Source: an uncultured Actinomycetes bacterium (GTDB lineage: Bacteria > Actinomycetota > Thermoleophilia > Gaiellales > Gaiellaceae). From it: DNA of 64,000 nucleotides. Where the stretch lies: contig CAVWCS010000005.1 in the NCBI GenBank assembly GCA_963753525.1, positions 768,603 through 832,602 on the forward strand. The letters run 5' to 3'. Positions 54,340 through 64,000 of the stretch are shown here, one piece after another. The notes beneath the pieces were generated by a model. The model was not told the origin of the DNA. It saw only the letters and a list, made by a program, of their open reading frames with translations, and searched no databases. The translations under genes and the position numbers were made by a program. Positions within the stretch are counted from its first letter, which is position 1. Every line of letters begins with the position of its first letter.

Positions 54340-56076
54340 CCTGCTACCGCGAACTCGGGCTCGCCGCCGTCGAGCGCGTGTGCGAGGCGGCGGAACGGCC
54401 CGTCCTGCGCGAGGAGCTCGCGCTCGCTGCCGCGCTGCACGATCTGGCCGTTCTCGACGACGAGGATCTCGTCGGCGCGCCGGACGGTGGAGAGGCGGTG
54501 GGCGATGATGATCGACGTCCGTCCCTTGCAGCAGGCGGTCGAGAGCGCGCTCGATCAGCACCTCCGTCGGGCGGTCGATGTTCGAGGTCGCCTCGTCGAG
54601 GACGAGGATGCGCGGGTCGGCGAGCAGGGCGCGCGCGATCGAGATCAGCTGCCGCTCGCCCGCCGAGAGCCCTGCGCCGCCCTCGCGCACGGCGTGGTCG
54701 AGGCCGCCCGACAGGCGTGCCGCGACGCGGTCGACGCCGACTGCAGCCGCCGCCGCCGCGACCTCCTCGTCGCGTCGCGTCGGGCTTCGCGAAGCGGATG
54801 TTCGAGGCGATCGTGCCGCTGAAGAGGAACGGATCCTGGAGCACGACGCCGAGCTGGCGGCGGTAGGAGCGGAGCTCGACGTCGCGCAGGTCGTGGCCGT
54901 CGACGCGCACCGCGCCCTGATCCGGGTCGTAGTGGCGGCCGATGAGCTTCGCGAGCGTCGACTTGCCGTGCCCGGACTCGCCGACGAGCGCGAAGCAGCT
55001 GGCCCGGCGCCAGGCGGAACGAGACGCCGTGCAGCACCGGCTCCTTGCCGTACGCGAAGACGATCGAGTCGAGATCGAGGTCGCCGACGATCCGCGGCAA
55101 GCGGCGCGGCGCCGGGCTTGTCCTGGATCTCCGACTCCTCGTCGAGGATGCTCGAGATCTTGACCATCGCGGCGGCGGCCGACTGCAGCTGCCCGTAGAC
55201 GTCCGACAGGTCCTGCAGCGGCTGGAAGACGAGCTGGAGCAGGCTGACCGCCGACGATCAGCGTTCCGATCTGGATCGCGTGGTGCTGGTAGAGGCCCGA
55301 GCCGAAGTAGAGGACGGCCGTCATCGCGATCACGCCGAGGAACTCGATCGAGGGGAAGAAGACCGAGAAGATCTTCTGCGACGTACGTCGCCTGCTCGCG
55401 GTTCGCGTCGTTGAGCGCGTCGAACTCGGCCTGGAAGCGCGCGCTCGCGGTTGAACGCCTGCACGACCGCCATCCCGGAGACCGACTCGGCGATCTGCGC
55501 CGTGACCGCCGCGATCCGGTTCCGCGTGCTCGACGTGCGCGGCGTGCGAGACGCGCTGGAACCAGCGCGAGAGGACGAGCGCCGGCGGCAGGACGCCGAA
55601 CGCGATCAGCCCGAGCCGCCAGTCGGCGATCAGGAGCGCGGCCACGGCGGTGGGCAGGAGGACAGCGCTCGAGACGAGCGTCGGCATCCCCTGCGAGAGC
55701 GTGTCGGAGACCGCGTCGACGTCGCTCGTCAGGCGCGCGATGATCCAGCCGGCCTTCTGCTGCGAGAAGTAGCGCAGCGAGAGCCCGGTCAGGTGGTCGA
55801 AGAGGTCGCGGCGGAGGCCGATCACGATCCCCTGGCCGATCGCGGCGAGCCCGCGGATCAGGTAGCCCTGCAGGATCCAGCCCGCGGCCGCGACGCCGAG
55901 GTAGATCGCGACGACGACCACGAGGTGGTGCTCGTTGCGGGCGACGATCCCGTTGTCGATCGCGTTCCGGACGAGCAGCCAGCCGCCGCTCTGGCCGCCG
56001 CGTTGCCGGCACCGACGAGAAGCATCAGCGCGACGACGAGCTGCCGGCCCTCGAGGTACTTCGTCAGGCGTCTCAC
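54336..56076 (-). pseudogene. ABC exporter fused permease/ATPase subunit (canonical ATP site), reading frame broken about 9 times as sequenced
   Basis: GTG 56076 overlaps the upstream stop (GTGA). Pieces are found in three frames. TMD: GWLLVRNAIDNGI...LRYFSQQKAGWIIARLTSDVDAV. Then ...VVQAFNRERAFQAEFDALN. NBD: FALVGESGHGKSTLAKLI (Walker A), LSAGERQLISIARALL, ILVLDEATSNID (Walker B plus Glu), [10 protein letters not shown]. The stop TAG shares a CTAG with the convergent GGDEF gene stop. The breaks may be sequencing error rather than decay. Confidence 0.8.
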
Positions 56077-57880
56077 GCCGCCACCTCGTCGCCGAAGAGC
56101 CGCGTGAACGGGCCGCCCGGCCTGCAGCAGCTCCGTCGGCTTGCCGGACTCGACGACCCGGCCCGTCGCTGGAGCACGACGGCGCGGTCGGCGAGCTCGA
56201 CGGTCGAGAGCCGCTGCGTCGCGATGCAGGACGGTGCGGCCTGCGAGCGCCGGGCGCAGGCGCTTGACGAGTCGGCGCTCGGTGAAGCGTGTCGACCGCC
56301 GAGAGCGGGTCGTCGAGGACGACGACGCGCGCGTCCGGTCGACGAGCGCGCGCGCGAGCGCGACGCGCTGGCGCTGGCCGCCCGGAGAGGTTGACGCCGC
56401 GCTCGCCGATCAGCGTGTCGTAGCCCTCGGGCAAGCTCGGACCGAAGGCGTCGACGCCGGCCGCCTCGCACGCGGCGAGCGCCTCGTCCCAGTCGTCGTC
56501 CTCGCGGCCGGCGATGCAGGTTCTCGCGCAGCGGCACGGAGAACAGGACCGGGCGCTGGGTGACGAGCGCGACGTCGTTGCGCAGCTCCGCGAGCGGGAG
56601 GTCGCGCGTGTCGACGCCGCCGATCAGGACGCGCCCGGCGGTCGGGTCGTAGAAGCGCGGCAGGAGGTTGAGCAGCGATCGTCTTGCCGGATCCCGTCGA
56701 GCCGCAGACGGCGACGATCTCTCCCGGCGCGACGACGAGGTCGAGGTCGTGGAGCACGTCGCACCTCGCCGCCGTAGGCGAAGCCGACCTTCTCGAAGCG
56801 GATCTCGAGCGGCTGCGGCGGCGCCGGCAGGTGACGCGGCTGCTCGGGCTCGGGCAGCGGCTCGATCCCCTCGAGCCAGGCGAAGCTGCGGCCCGCCGAG
56901 GCGAGCGCGCGCTGTGCGAGGTTCGTGATCCAGCCGAGCGCCTCGAGCGGCCAGACGAGCTGCAGCAGCAGCGTCTCGAACAGGAAGAACTGGCCGATCG
57001 TGAGGTTGCCGTCGATGTATGCGCGCCCGCCGAAGAAGACGACGGCGGCGATCGACAGGCCCGGCAGGTAGTAGAGGCCCGGCAGGTGGCGCGACTCGAC
57101 TCCGGCCTGGCGCAGGACGGTCGACGCGCACTCCCTCGGCCTTCTCGCCGAAGCGGTCGCGGACGTCGTCCTCGCGCCCGAACGCCTGCACCATCTCGAT
57201 TCCGACGACCGCCTCGTCGGCAGCCTCCGTGACGTCGCCCTTCCGCTCCTGCACCTCGACGCGAGATCGGCGAGACGCGGCGCGCGAAGCGGAGCGTGAG
57301 CCACGTGATCGGCGGCAGCGCGACGACCGTGTACAGGGCGAGCTGCGCGTCGACGATCACGAGCACGATGCCGACCCCGATGATCATCATGATGCTCTGC
57401 ATCCCCTGCACGAGCCCCCAAGCCGATGAAGTAGCGGATCGGGTAGAGGTCGTTCGTCGCGCGCGAGAGCACCTGTCCGGTGGCGTGCCGGTCGTAGAAC
57501 GCGCGCGGGTAGCGGAGATAGGCCTGGTAGAGCAGCTCGCGCATCCGCGCCTCGATCCGGACGCCGATCCGCGCCGTCGCGAAGCGGCGCGTGAAGTTGA
57601 CGACGAACCGGAACGCGCCGAGGGCGACGATGATCGCGAGATACACCCAGAGCGGCTGCCCGAGGTCGGGCCACGTCTTCTGGCTGCTCGTGTCGATCGT
57701 GTCGTCGATCGCTGCCGAGGCGAGGAGCGGGATCGCGATCGAGATCAGCACGTAGACGAGCGAGCAGGCGAGCCCGTAGAAGCCCAGGCGGCGCTGCTCC
57801 CACCAGAGCGGGAGGAGCCTGCGAAAGGTCGGCAGCAGGCCGAGGTCGGGCGGATCGACGGGATTCACATACGTGGACAT
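56073..57880 (-). pseudogene. ABC exporter fused permease/ATPase subunit (degenerate ATP site), reading frame broken about 14 times as sequenced
   Basis: Starts MSTYVNPV...WWEQRRLGFYGLACSLVYVLISIAIP.... Pieces in three frames include RATNDLYPIRYFIG, VQGMQSIMMIIGVGIVLVIVD, VQAFGREDDVRDRF, GEIVAVCGSTGSGKT (Walker A), LSGGQRQRVALARAL, VVVLDDPLSAVD (Asp replaces the catalytic Glu) and IATQRLSTV. The breaks may be sequencing error rather than decay. Confidence 0.8.
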
Positions 57881-57979
57881 GCGCGGATAGGCCGCCGCGA
57901 GGAGCCTCTAACTCGCCGCGGAACAGCCCAGCTCCGACGATACCAACGAGATCGCCGGACGACGGCTCTGGTTTTGGCG

Positions 57980-58465
57980 CTACGGACGCCTGGTCGTGCG
58001 CCGGCGCGCGGTCGCCGCGGGCTCGGGCTCGGACGGCGGCTGCGGCAGCGGTGTCGGAGGCCGTGGCTCGGTCTCGAGCTGCTGCTCGCCCGGCTGCGGG
58101 GGCGCCGGAGCGGAGCCCGTCACGCGGCGCCACTCCTTCTCGAGCTGGACGCGAAGGCCGGCGAGCTCGCGCTCGACCTTGCGGATGTTGCGCTCGCGCT
58201 CGTCGAGACGCTCCCGCTCCGCCTGCGCGAGGGCCTTCTCCGCCTCGGCGGCCGCGACGGCGCGAGCGAGGTCGCTCTCAGTGGGCTCGGCGACCACGGC
58301 ACGGCGTCGGCTGCCGCTTCTGGTGGCGCTCTCCTCGACCTGGCGCATCAGACGCTCCTCGAGCTCGGCGACGTGCCGGGCGCGCTCGGCGAGCGCCCGC
58401 TTCATCTCCGCTACCTCCGCGAGGGCGTCTTCGTAGCGCGCCCGCATGTCCGGCGAGTCGGTCAC
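57980..58465 (-). CDS. Coiled-coil hypothetical protein with Pro-rich C-terminus (161 aa)
   Basis: GTG start after a G-rich SD. Heptad-like Glu/Arg/Ala-rich sequence: ...YEDALAEVAEMKRALAERARHVAELEERLMRQ.... Lies upstream of the ABC pair on the same strand. Confidence 0.45.
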   Translation of the reverse strand: MTDSPDMRARYEDALAEVAEMKRALAERARHVAELEERLMRQVEESATRSGSRRRAVVAEPTESDLARAVAAAEAEKALAQAERERLDERERNIRKVERELAGLRVQLEKEWRRVTGSAPAPPQPGEQQLETEPRPPTPLPQPPSEPEPAATARRRTTRRP

Positions 58466-58676
58466 CCCCCAAGTGTCGCTTGCGCGGCGGCTGCTGGCAA
58501 CCGGTTCAAGCGCACACTTGCCTCGCAGCTAGCTCGCCTCGTCGGGAAGTGCTGCGCGCTGCTGCCCAGATATGCCTTGTGGCTCCGCTACCGGGTCGAC
58601 AACACCGCCGCGCCGACGACCGCAACGACCCCCGCGATCGAGAAGAGCCACACCCATACATCCACGGACGAATACT

Positions 58677-59165
58677 TCAGGAATAGACCGCGAGGCGGCG
58701 GAGGTAGTCGAGCGTGTAGGGATGGACCCCGTCTGGGATGTTGTCCTCGTCTAGCCAGGCGTAGTCCGAATGCTGGTTCGAGTACCGCTTCTTGTCCAGC
58801 TCGATGTCCTCTGTCTCGCGAAGCCGATAAGCGAGCGCGATGTAATGGGTGGACAAATTCGCTATGCCCAGGGCGTTCGTGTCGTAGCGGTGCATGAAGA
58901 CGCCGACAAGTCGCGCGTCGTCCCATATGAGGTCATGCTCGATGCCGAGCTCGTCGCGAGCAATCTCGGTGAGAGCGACACCCAATGTGCCGTAGTGCTT
59001 CTCGATGCGACCACCTGGAACGAAGAGGCTTCCCTTCGCCGGCTCATTCACCCGCTTGCCGACAAGTAGGCGACCGTTCTGATCCGTCACGAGAAGGTCG
59101 ATTGAAACGAGCGGCGCCGCAGCGACCAGCATGGCGAACGTCTTCTCGTCCAGGCGCTTCTCCAC
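58677..59165 (-). CDS. gmm: GDP-mannose mannosyl hydrolase-like Nudix hydrolase (Gmm/NudD/WcaH family)
   Basis: 162 aa with APLVSIDLLVTDQNGRLLVGKRVNEPAKGSLFVPGGRIEK......IARDELG, ...THYIALAYRLRE... and QHSDYAWL. These closely parallel E. coli Gmm blocks ([60 protein letters not shown]). Visibly more AT-rich than the flanks. Confidence 0.8.
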   Translation of the reverse strand: MEKRLDEKTFAMLVAAAPLVSIDLLVTDQNGRLLVGKRVNEPAKGSLFVPGGRIEKHYGTLGVALTEIARDELGIEHDLIWDDARLVGVFMHRYDTNALGIANLSTHYIALAYRLRETEDIELDKKRYSNQHSDYAWLDEDNIPDGVHPYTLDYLRRLAVYS

Positions 59166-59256
59166 GCGGCGTTTTTAGCAGGATTCCAGACTGCGACCCT
59201 TCACTAACGGCTGACGGCCTCTTCCACGTCAGCGAAGTTATGCGGGCCGAAGAAAG

Positions 59257-59329
59257 TGGAGCGTACCGGGATCGAACCGGTGACCTCCGGCTTGCAAAGC
59301 CGGCGCTCTCCCAGCTGAGCTAACGCCCC
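59257..59329 (-). tRNA. tRNA-Ala (anticodon UGC)
   Basis: The reverse complement is GGGGCGTTAGCTCAGCTGGGAGAGCGCCGGCTTTGCAAGCCGGAGGTCACCGGTTCGATCCCGGTACGCTCCA. It has the G3:U70 pair and anticodon loop TTTGCAA. CCA is not encoded. Confidence 0.93.
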
Positions 59330-59395
59330 GAGAGCGGCCAGTGTAAGGATCGGCCCGGCGAGTGGCCGGGTCGATCCTTAACGGAGGGAGGTCTG

Positions 59396-59680
59396 TCAGG
59401 CGGCGCGTTCGAGCCGCTCTTCGACGCGCGCGCGAGCAACGATCTTCTCGCGGTCGCCGAAGAGGATCGTGGCGCGGACTGCGCGGTTCTCATCCCACAG
59501 CTCATCGAGCTTGGCGTCGAGGGCGCGGATCTCCTCGCGAACGTCCGAGTCGTGCTCAATGGAGAGTCGCTGCCAGAGCTCAGTGCGCTCCTCGCTTAGG
59601 CGCTCGATCTCCTCGTGGATCTCTTCGCTTGTTCTCATGCCGTCTTCAACGCACTGCATTCCCGCGGCATTCCGGCTCAA
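59396..59680 (-). CDS. Small coiled-coil protein, DUF2630-like (tentative)
   Basis: 94 aa ORF with a probable start at the internal MRTSEEIHEEI. Contains ...EEIERLSEERTELWQRL....REEIRALDAKLDELWDENRAVRA. The pattern is recalled from small actinobacterial DUF2630 proteins. Confidence 0.45.
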   Translation of the reverse strand: MSRNAAGMQCVEDGMRTSEEIHEEIERLSEERTELWQRLSIEHDSDVREEIRALDAKLDELWDENRAVRATILFGDREKIVARARVEERLERAA

Positions 59681-59693
59681 TCCTCTGAATCTT

Positions 59694-61189
59694 CTAAGCC
59701 GCGGCGAGCGTCTCGCGCACGCGGTCGCCGACCGCGGCGAGCTCGAGCGTCTCGCCCGTCACGTCGCGGAGGAGCTCGTCGGCCGTCGGCTTCTGTCCTT
59801 CCGCCCACAGCTCGCGCAGCAGCGTGCTGGCGTCGCGCTTCGAGAACCACGCGTTGCCGAACTTCTCCCGCAGGTACGCGCGCAGCTGCGCCTCGAAGGC
59901 CCAGGCGCGCAGGTACTCGGAGGCGTAGAAGCCGGCGTCGATGTCGCCGAGGTAGTCCGCCGCGGCAGGCTCGACCTTCGTCGCATCTGCGAGAAGCTCG
60001 AAGTAGCGCGGCCGCATCGCCGTCACGTCCTCGGCCGTGTGGAACTCGAGCTCGTACAGAAGCTTCGCGCAGTAGCGACGCACGATCCACAGGAGTGTCG
60101 TCGCGCCTTCCGCGGCGAAGGCGTGGGGGCGCGGGAAGTTGAGGCGCCGGTCGAGCCAGACGGGATCGAACGTCAGGTGCTCGAGCAGCATCGCCCAGCC
60201 TTCCGTGACGGCGTTGTCGCCGAGCCGCCGCTCCTCGGGCGAGAGGGACGGGGACGTGTGGGCGAAGTGCTCGGTGTGGCCTGCCTCGTGGAAGAGGGAA
60301 CGCCAGTCGTCCGGTCCGCCCTGCGGCTTGATGACGAGGACGACGCGGCCGGGGACCTCGATCGGCGCGCAGAAGGCGCGCGGATCCTTGTTCGGCCGCT
60401 CCTCGAGGTCGATCTCGACGTTGGGCTGCGCGTGGAGGTCGACGCCGAGCTCGCCGAGCGTCGTCTCCAGCGATGGCAGCATCGCCTCGGCCGGGAAGGC
60501 CGCGTCCCAGCCCACGCCCCGGAAGGCGCGGCCGACGTCCCAGCGCTGCACCTCGTCGAGCCCGAGCCCGAGACGCGAGCGGAAGAACCTGTCGCCGGCC
60601 TCTTCCCACAGGCTCTCAGTGTCGCTGAGGAACGTCCGGCATTGCGCGGCGAGATCGTCGAGCGGAAGGCCGAACTCGCGGTACAGATCGGCGTAGTTGC
60701 GCGCGCCGAGCCGTGCGGTCTCCTCGTGGACGACCTGGATCGCGTGGAGGTGGAGGCCGTTCAGGTGCTCTTCGGTGAGCTCGGTCCGCGAGCTCCGAGA
60801 GACGCGCGCGCTTGTCGCGGTCCTCCTCGTTCATGAGCCGGGGCCGGAGCATGCGGAACGGGATCTCCTCGTCGTCGAGCGTCGCGCTCAGCGTCGCCTC
60901 GAGTCCCGCGATCCGCTCCTCCTCGGCCGTGACGAAGTTGCCGAGATACTGCTCGCACGCGAACTTCCAGAGCTCGCGGCGACGGCGGATCCCGGCGACT
61001 GACGCCCCGAGTGCAAGTGCTGTGTCGAGCTCGGTCAGCCGTGCGTGGCGCTCATAGATCGGCGCGAGGTCATACGTCTCCTTCTGGCCGGAGAAGTGGA
61101 GGTACGACTCCTCGTCGAGCTCGGAGCTGAACCGCTCGGCCTCGGCGGAGAGCGTCGTCGATCTCGCGTTGCTGAAGCGGCTCCGCCAT
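59694..61189 (-). CDS. Zinc metallopeptidase with HExxH motif (M3/oligoendopeptidase-F-like, ~498 aa); two apparent +1 frame breaks (about 61148, 60786)
   Basis: ORF 59694-60551 contains LFHEAGHTEHF. Hand translation upstream continues in other frames: [14 protein letters not shown] / AEAERFSSELDEESYLHFSGQKETYDLAPIYERHARL...RMLRPRLMNEEDRDKRARLSELAD / ELTEEHLNGLHLHAIQVVHEETARLGARNYADLYREFGL...VQRWDVG... The gene length is 3n+2. Confidence 0.7.
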
Positions 61190-61613
61190 GGGCGTCCGTA
61201 GGATACGGGCCGTGCGCGAGATCGTCCTCGAGACCGAGCGGAAGCTCCAGCTGATCGAGGTCACGGACCAGATCCGGGACGCGCTCGGCGATACGAACGG
61301 CGCCACGGCGGCGCTCGTCTACGTCCCGCACACGACCGCTGGCGTCGCGATCAACGAGCGGATCGATCCCGAGCTCGTGAGCGATCTCGAGAACGCGTTC
61401 CAGCGCGTCGTCGGCGACGACTGGGAGTGGAAGCACGAAGACGAGGACGGCCCGAACGCTCCGTCTCACGCCCGCGCGTCGCTCGCCTCGAGCCCGCAGG
61501 TGCTCATCCCGCTCAAGGACGGTGGGCTCGCGCTCGGCACATACCAGGGCGTCTTCTTCTGCGAGTTCGACGGCCCGCGCACGCGCAAGATCTACGTGAC
61601 GACGCTCACATAG
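61188..61613 (+). CDS. yjbQ: YjbQ/UPF0047 family protein (secondary thiamine-phosphate synthase-like)
   Basis: 141 aa, ...[19 protein letters not shown]....[26 protein letters not shown].....V........[17 protein letters not shown]......[29 protein letters not shown]. The start is possibly GTG about 61212. Confidence 0.85.
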   Translation: MGVRRIRAVREIVLETERKLQLIEVTDQIRDALGDTNGATAALVYVPHTTAGVAINERIDPELVSDLENAFQRVVGDDWEWKHEDEDGPNAPSHARASLASSPQVLIPLKDGGLALGTYQGVFFCEFDGPRTRKIYVTTLT

Positions 61614-63014
61614 TGAAGCGGGCTTTGCTGCTGGCTCTAGGAGCCGTTGTCGTTCTGGGTGCCGTGCTCGTCGCGACGGTCGAGCTTCATGGCTCGAGTC
61701 GCCCGGCTCGGCCGGTTTCACGCGCGGGGATCTTCAAGATCCGTCACGTCGTGATCATCATGCAAGAGAACCGCTCGTTCGATTCCTATTTCGGGACGTA
61801 CCCCGGAGCCGACGGAATCCCGGGCCTCGCAGGCAATCCCGGCACCGTCCCGTGTCTACCCGAGCCTCGGACGAAGACCTGCGTCCGGCCGTACCACGAC
61901 ACGGCCGATCGCAACTCCGGCGGGCCGCACGACACGGCCAACGCGATCCGCGACATCGCCGGCGGGAAGATGAACGGCTTCGAAGCCCAGGCCCGCAGAG
62001 GGCGCGCGATCTCTTGCCGCAACAACCTCGATGTGCCCGGCTGCTCGCTCACGCCCGCGACGCCGGACGTGATGGGCTACCACGACCAGCACGAGATCCC
62101 GAACTACTGGGCGTACGCGCGCCATTTCGTCCTCCAGGACCAGATGTTCGCGTCGGTGAACTCGTGGAGCCTGCCGGCGCACCTCGCGATGGTCTCCGGC
62201 TGGTCGGCGCGCTGCAGCAAGGCCGGCGACCCGATGAGCTGTACGACCGCCGTGGCAGGACCTGTCGGTGCCTCCGGGAAGTCGGCCGACTTTCCGTGGA
62301 CGGACATCACGTACCTCCTCCACCGCTATGGGGTCAGCTGGCGCTACTACGTCGCCCAAGGAAGCCAGCCCGACTGCGCCGGCAGCCAGATGTTCTGCAA
62401 ACGGGCGCGCCAGCGCGCGAGTACCCCGAACATCTGGAATCCGCTGCCCCGCTTCGACACGGTCCGACAGGACAACCAGCTCGGGAATGTCGTTCCGCTT
62501 CACACATTCTTCCGGGATGCCCACGCCGGGACGCTGCCGAACGTCTCCTGGATCGTGCCGTCCCAGACGGTCAGCGAGCACCCGCCTGGGCTCGTCACTG
62601 CGGGCCAAACGTACGTCACGAGTCTCATCAACACGATCATGCGGAGCCGCAACTGGCGGTCGACGGCGATCTTTCTCGCGTGGGACGACTGGGGCGGCTT
62701 CTACGACCACGTCAAGCCACCGGTCGTGAACGCGCAGGGCTACGGCATACGGGTTCCCGCGCTCGTGATCAGCCCGTACGCGCGCACCGGTTTCATCGAC
62801 CACCAAACGCTGAGCACCGACGCCTACCTCAAGTTCATCGAGGCCGATTTCCTCGGCGGCCAAACGGATCGACGGGCGCACGGACGGCCGTCCCGACTCG
62901 CGGCCGTTCATTCCCGAGGACGCGCGGATCCTCGGCAACCTCGCCAAGGACTTCGACTTCCGCCAGAAGCCCCGGCGGCCGTTCATCCTGCCGCTCCATC
63001 CGCCGTACTCCTGA
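61613..63014 (+). CDS. Phosphoesterase family protein (phospholipase C / acid phosphatase AcpA type), secreted; one apparent +1 frame break near 62865
   Basis: This frame-2 ORF is absent from the track because, as sequenced, it runs on into the next gene and off the window. GTG 61613 overlaps the yjbQ stop. The protein reads [21 protein letters not shown]...[26 protein letters not shown]...[25 protein letters not shown]...[10 protein letters not shown]...SEHPP...[21 protein letters not shown]....[16 protein letters not shown]. After CAAACGG the frame shifts to ...[19 protein letters not shown]...PLHPPYS and ends at TGA 63012-63014. Confidence 0.85.
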
Positions 63015-63037
63015 ACCGCTCCCGCTACGGTGGCCGC

Positions 63038-64000
63038 ATGGCCGCGCCCGTAGCGAAGGGGGACGAGCTCGAGCTCGACGTCGAGTCGCTCGCGTTCGGC
63101 GGCAACGGAGTCGCGCGGCACGGCGGCTTCGTCGTCTTCGTCCGCAGCGGCCTTCCGGGCGACCGCGTTCGCGCCCGCGTCACGAAGGTCAAGCGCAGCC
63201 ATGCGGAGGCGCTCGCGACCGAGATTCTCACCCCGGGAACGGATCGCGTCGAGGCGCCGTGCGCGCACTTTCCCGCGTGCGGCGGCTGCCGCTTCCAGGA
63301 CTTCGCCTACGAGGCGCAACTCGCGCAGAAGGAGGCGCAGGTCCGCGACTCGCTCGTGCGCCTCGCCGGGATCACGGAGCCTCCGCTCGAGCCGATCGTC
63401 CCGTGCGAGCCGGAGATCTTCCACTACCGCAACAAGGTCGAGTACTCGTTCACGCAGACGCCGGACGGCCCCGCGCTCGGCTTTCACAAGGCCGGTCGCT
63501 GGGACGAGGTGCTCGAGATCGAGAAGTGCTGGCTCATCGATGACCTCGGCAACGCGATTCGCGAGGCGGTGCGCGCTTGGGCGCGAGAGGAAGGGCTCGA
63601 GGCGTACTCGCAGGCCGACGGCAGCGGCTATCTCCGCCATCTCGTCGTGCGGCAAGGGCGCAACACGCAGCAGGCGCTCGTGCAGCTCGTGACGGCGCCG
63701 GGGGAGAAGTTCGAGCCGGGCTATCTCGTCGACGTGCTGCGCCGCTTCCCCGAGGTGCGCTCGATCCACTGGGCGGTGAACGACACGCCGGCGGAGGTGA
63801 CGAACCTCCCGACGCGGCTGCTCTGGGGCGACGACGGGATCGAGGAGGAGCTGTGCGGCCTGCGCTTCCGCGTTCGGCCGAATGCATTCCTCCAGACGAA
63901 CACCGCGATGGCCGAGCGGCTCTACGGCCTCGCGCGCGACGCGGCCGGGCTGACCGGGAACGAGACCGTCTGGGATCTCTACTGCGGGATCGGGACGATC
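63038..64000 (+). CDS. RumA/TrmA-family RNA (uracil-C5)-methyltransferase (TRAM domain + Cys cluster), 5' part; continues beyond window
   Basis: [58 protein letters not shown] (TRAM domain). Then ...[21 protein letters not shown] (Fe-S Cys motif), ...[10 protein letters not shown], ...[13 protein letters not shown], ...[11 protein letters not shown] (SAM motif). No stop occurs in the window. Confidence 0.88.
   Translation, partial: MAAPVAKGDELELDVESLAFGGNGVARHGGFVVFVRSGLPGDRVRARVTKVKRSHAEALATEILTPGTDRVEAPCAHFPACGGCRFQDFAYEAQLAQKEAQVRDSLVRLAGITEPPLEPIVPCEPEIFHYRNKVEYSFTQTPDGPALGFHKAGRWDEVLEIEKCWLIDDLGNAIREAVRAWAREEGLEAYSQADGSGYLRHLVVRQGRNTQQALVQLVTAPGEKFEPGYLVDVLRRFPEVRSIHWAVNDTPAEVTNLPTRLLWGDDGIEEELCGLRFRVRPNAFLQTNTAMAERLYGLARDAAGLTGNETVWDLYCGIGTI

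Noticed and set aside
57905-57925. TAACTCGCCGCGG upstream of the ABC operon (also TAGCTCGCC at about 58530), considered as solo terminal repeats of the element family.
   Set aside because: Matches of 9-13 nt in GC-rich sequence could be chance. They need a genome-wide statistical test.
58588-58665. A possible 25-aa hydrophobic peptide (VDVWVWLFSIAGVVAVVGAAVLSTR) on the minus strand, just after the Nudix gene.
   Set aside because: No SD. The GTG start is embedded in the 3' end region of the preceding gene. It is too short to evaluate without conservation or Ribo-seq data.

Overview
Very GC-rich, Actinomycetota-like chromosomal core region, densely packed with housekeeping genes.

**Gene content by region**
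- 1-13.2 kb: distal part of the ribosomal-protein superoperon (rplV' rpsC rplP rpmC rpsQ rplN rplX rplE rpsN rpsH rplF rplR rpsE rpmD rplO secY adk map infA rpmJ rpsM rpsK rpsD rpoA rplQ).
- 13-25 kb: a VIT-like membrane protein, truA, a HAD hydrolase and ligA. Next comes a cell-wall block with PBP4/DacB, an orphan NarL-type regulator and two divergently transcribed coiled-coil muralytic enzymes (3D domain and NlpC/P60). Then fadD, ku, a small HTH-like ORF, an alpha/beta hydrolase and ssb.
- 25-38 kb: mreB-mreC-mreD-mrdA-rodA, RNase E, then rplU-rpmA-obg-nadD-rsfS.
- 38-47 kb: a padR cluster, a PD-(D/E)XK nuclease next to tRNA-Ala(GGC), pcp, lon, hxlR, a secreted Cys/Lys-rich protein and a principal-type sigma factor.
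- 47-64 kb: sucA, a GAF-GGDEF-GAF-GAF-HD-GYP protein and a heterodimeric ABC exporter pair. Then a gmm-like Nudix gene next to tRNA-Ala(UGC), an HExxH peptidase, yjbQ, a phospholipase-C-type phosphoesterase and a RumA-type methyltransferase that runs off the window.
- I saw no rRNA, CRISPR array, integrase or transposase.

**Non-routine observations**
1. A family of about 120-190 nt structured intergenic repeats occurs in three copies at 26.7, 31.6 and 51.2 kb. Stem changes are compensatory and the ends resemble TA-flanked terminal inverted repeats. It could be a MITE, a REP-like element or an ncRNA.
2. About 45 single-base reading-frame breaks, almost all +1 (insertion-like), interrupt otherwise well-conserved genes. 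These include the essential genes rpsC, rpsK, rpoA, mrdA, rne, rplU, obg and sucA. The breaks cluster strongly at 34-37 kb and 54-58 kb. I interpret this as sequence or assembly error, not pseudogenisation or recoding.
3. Many ribosomal proteins carry long low-complexity tails (L22, S3, S17, S5, L15, L21).
4. A canonical intrinsic-terminator hairpin sits inside the leader of a small ORF beside ku.
5. Two AT-richer islets lie next to the two tRNA-Ala genes.

All coordinates of frame breaks are manual estimates, good to a few nucleotides.
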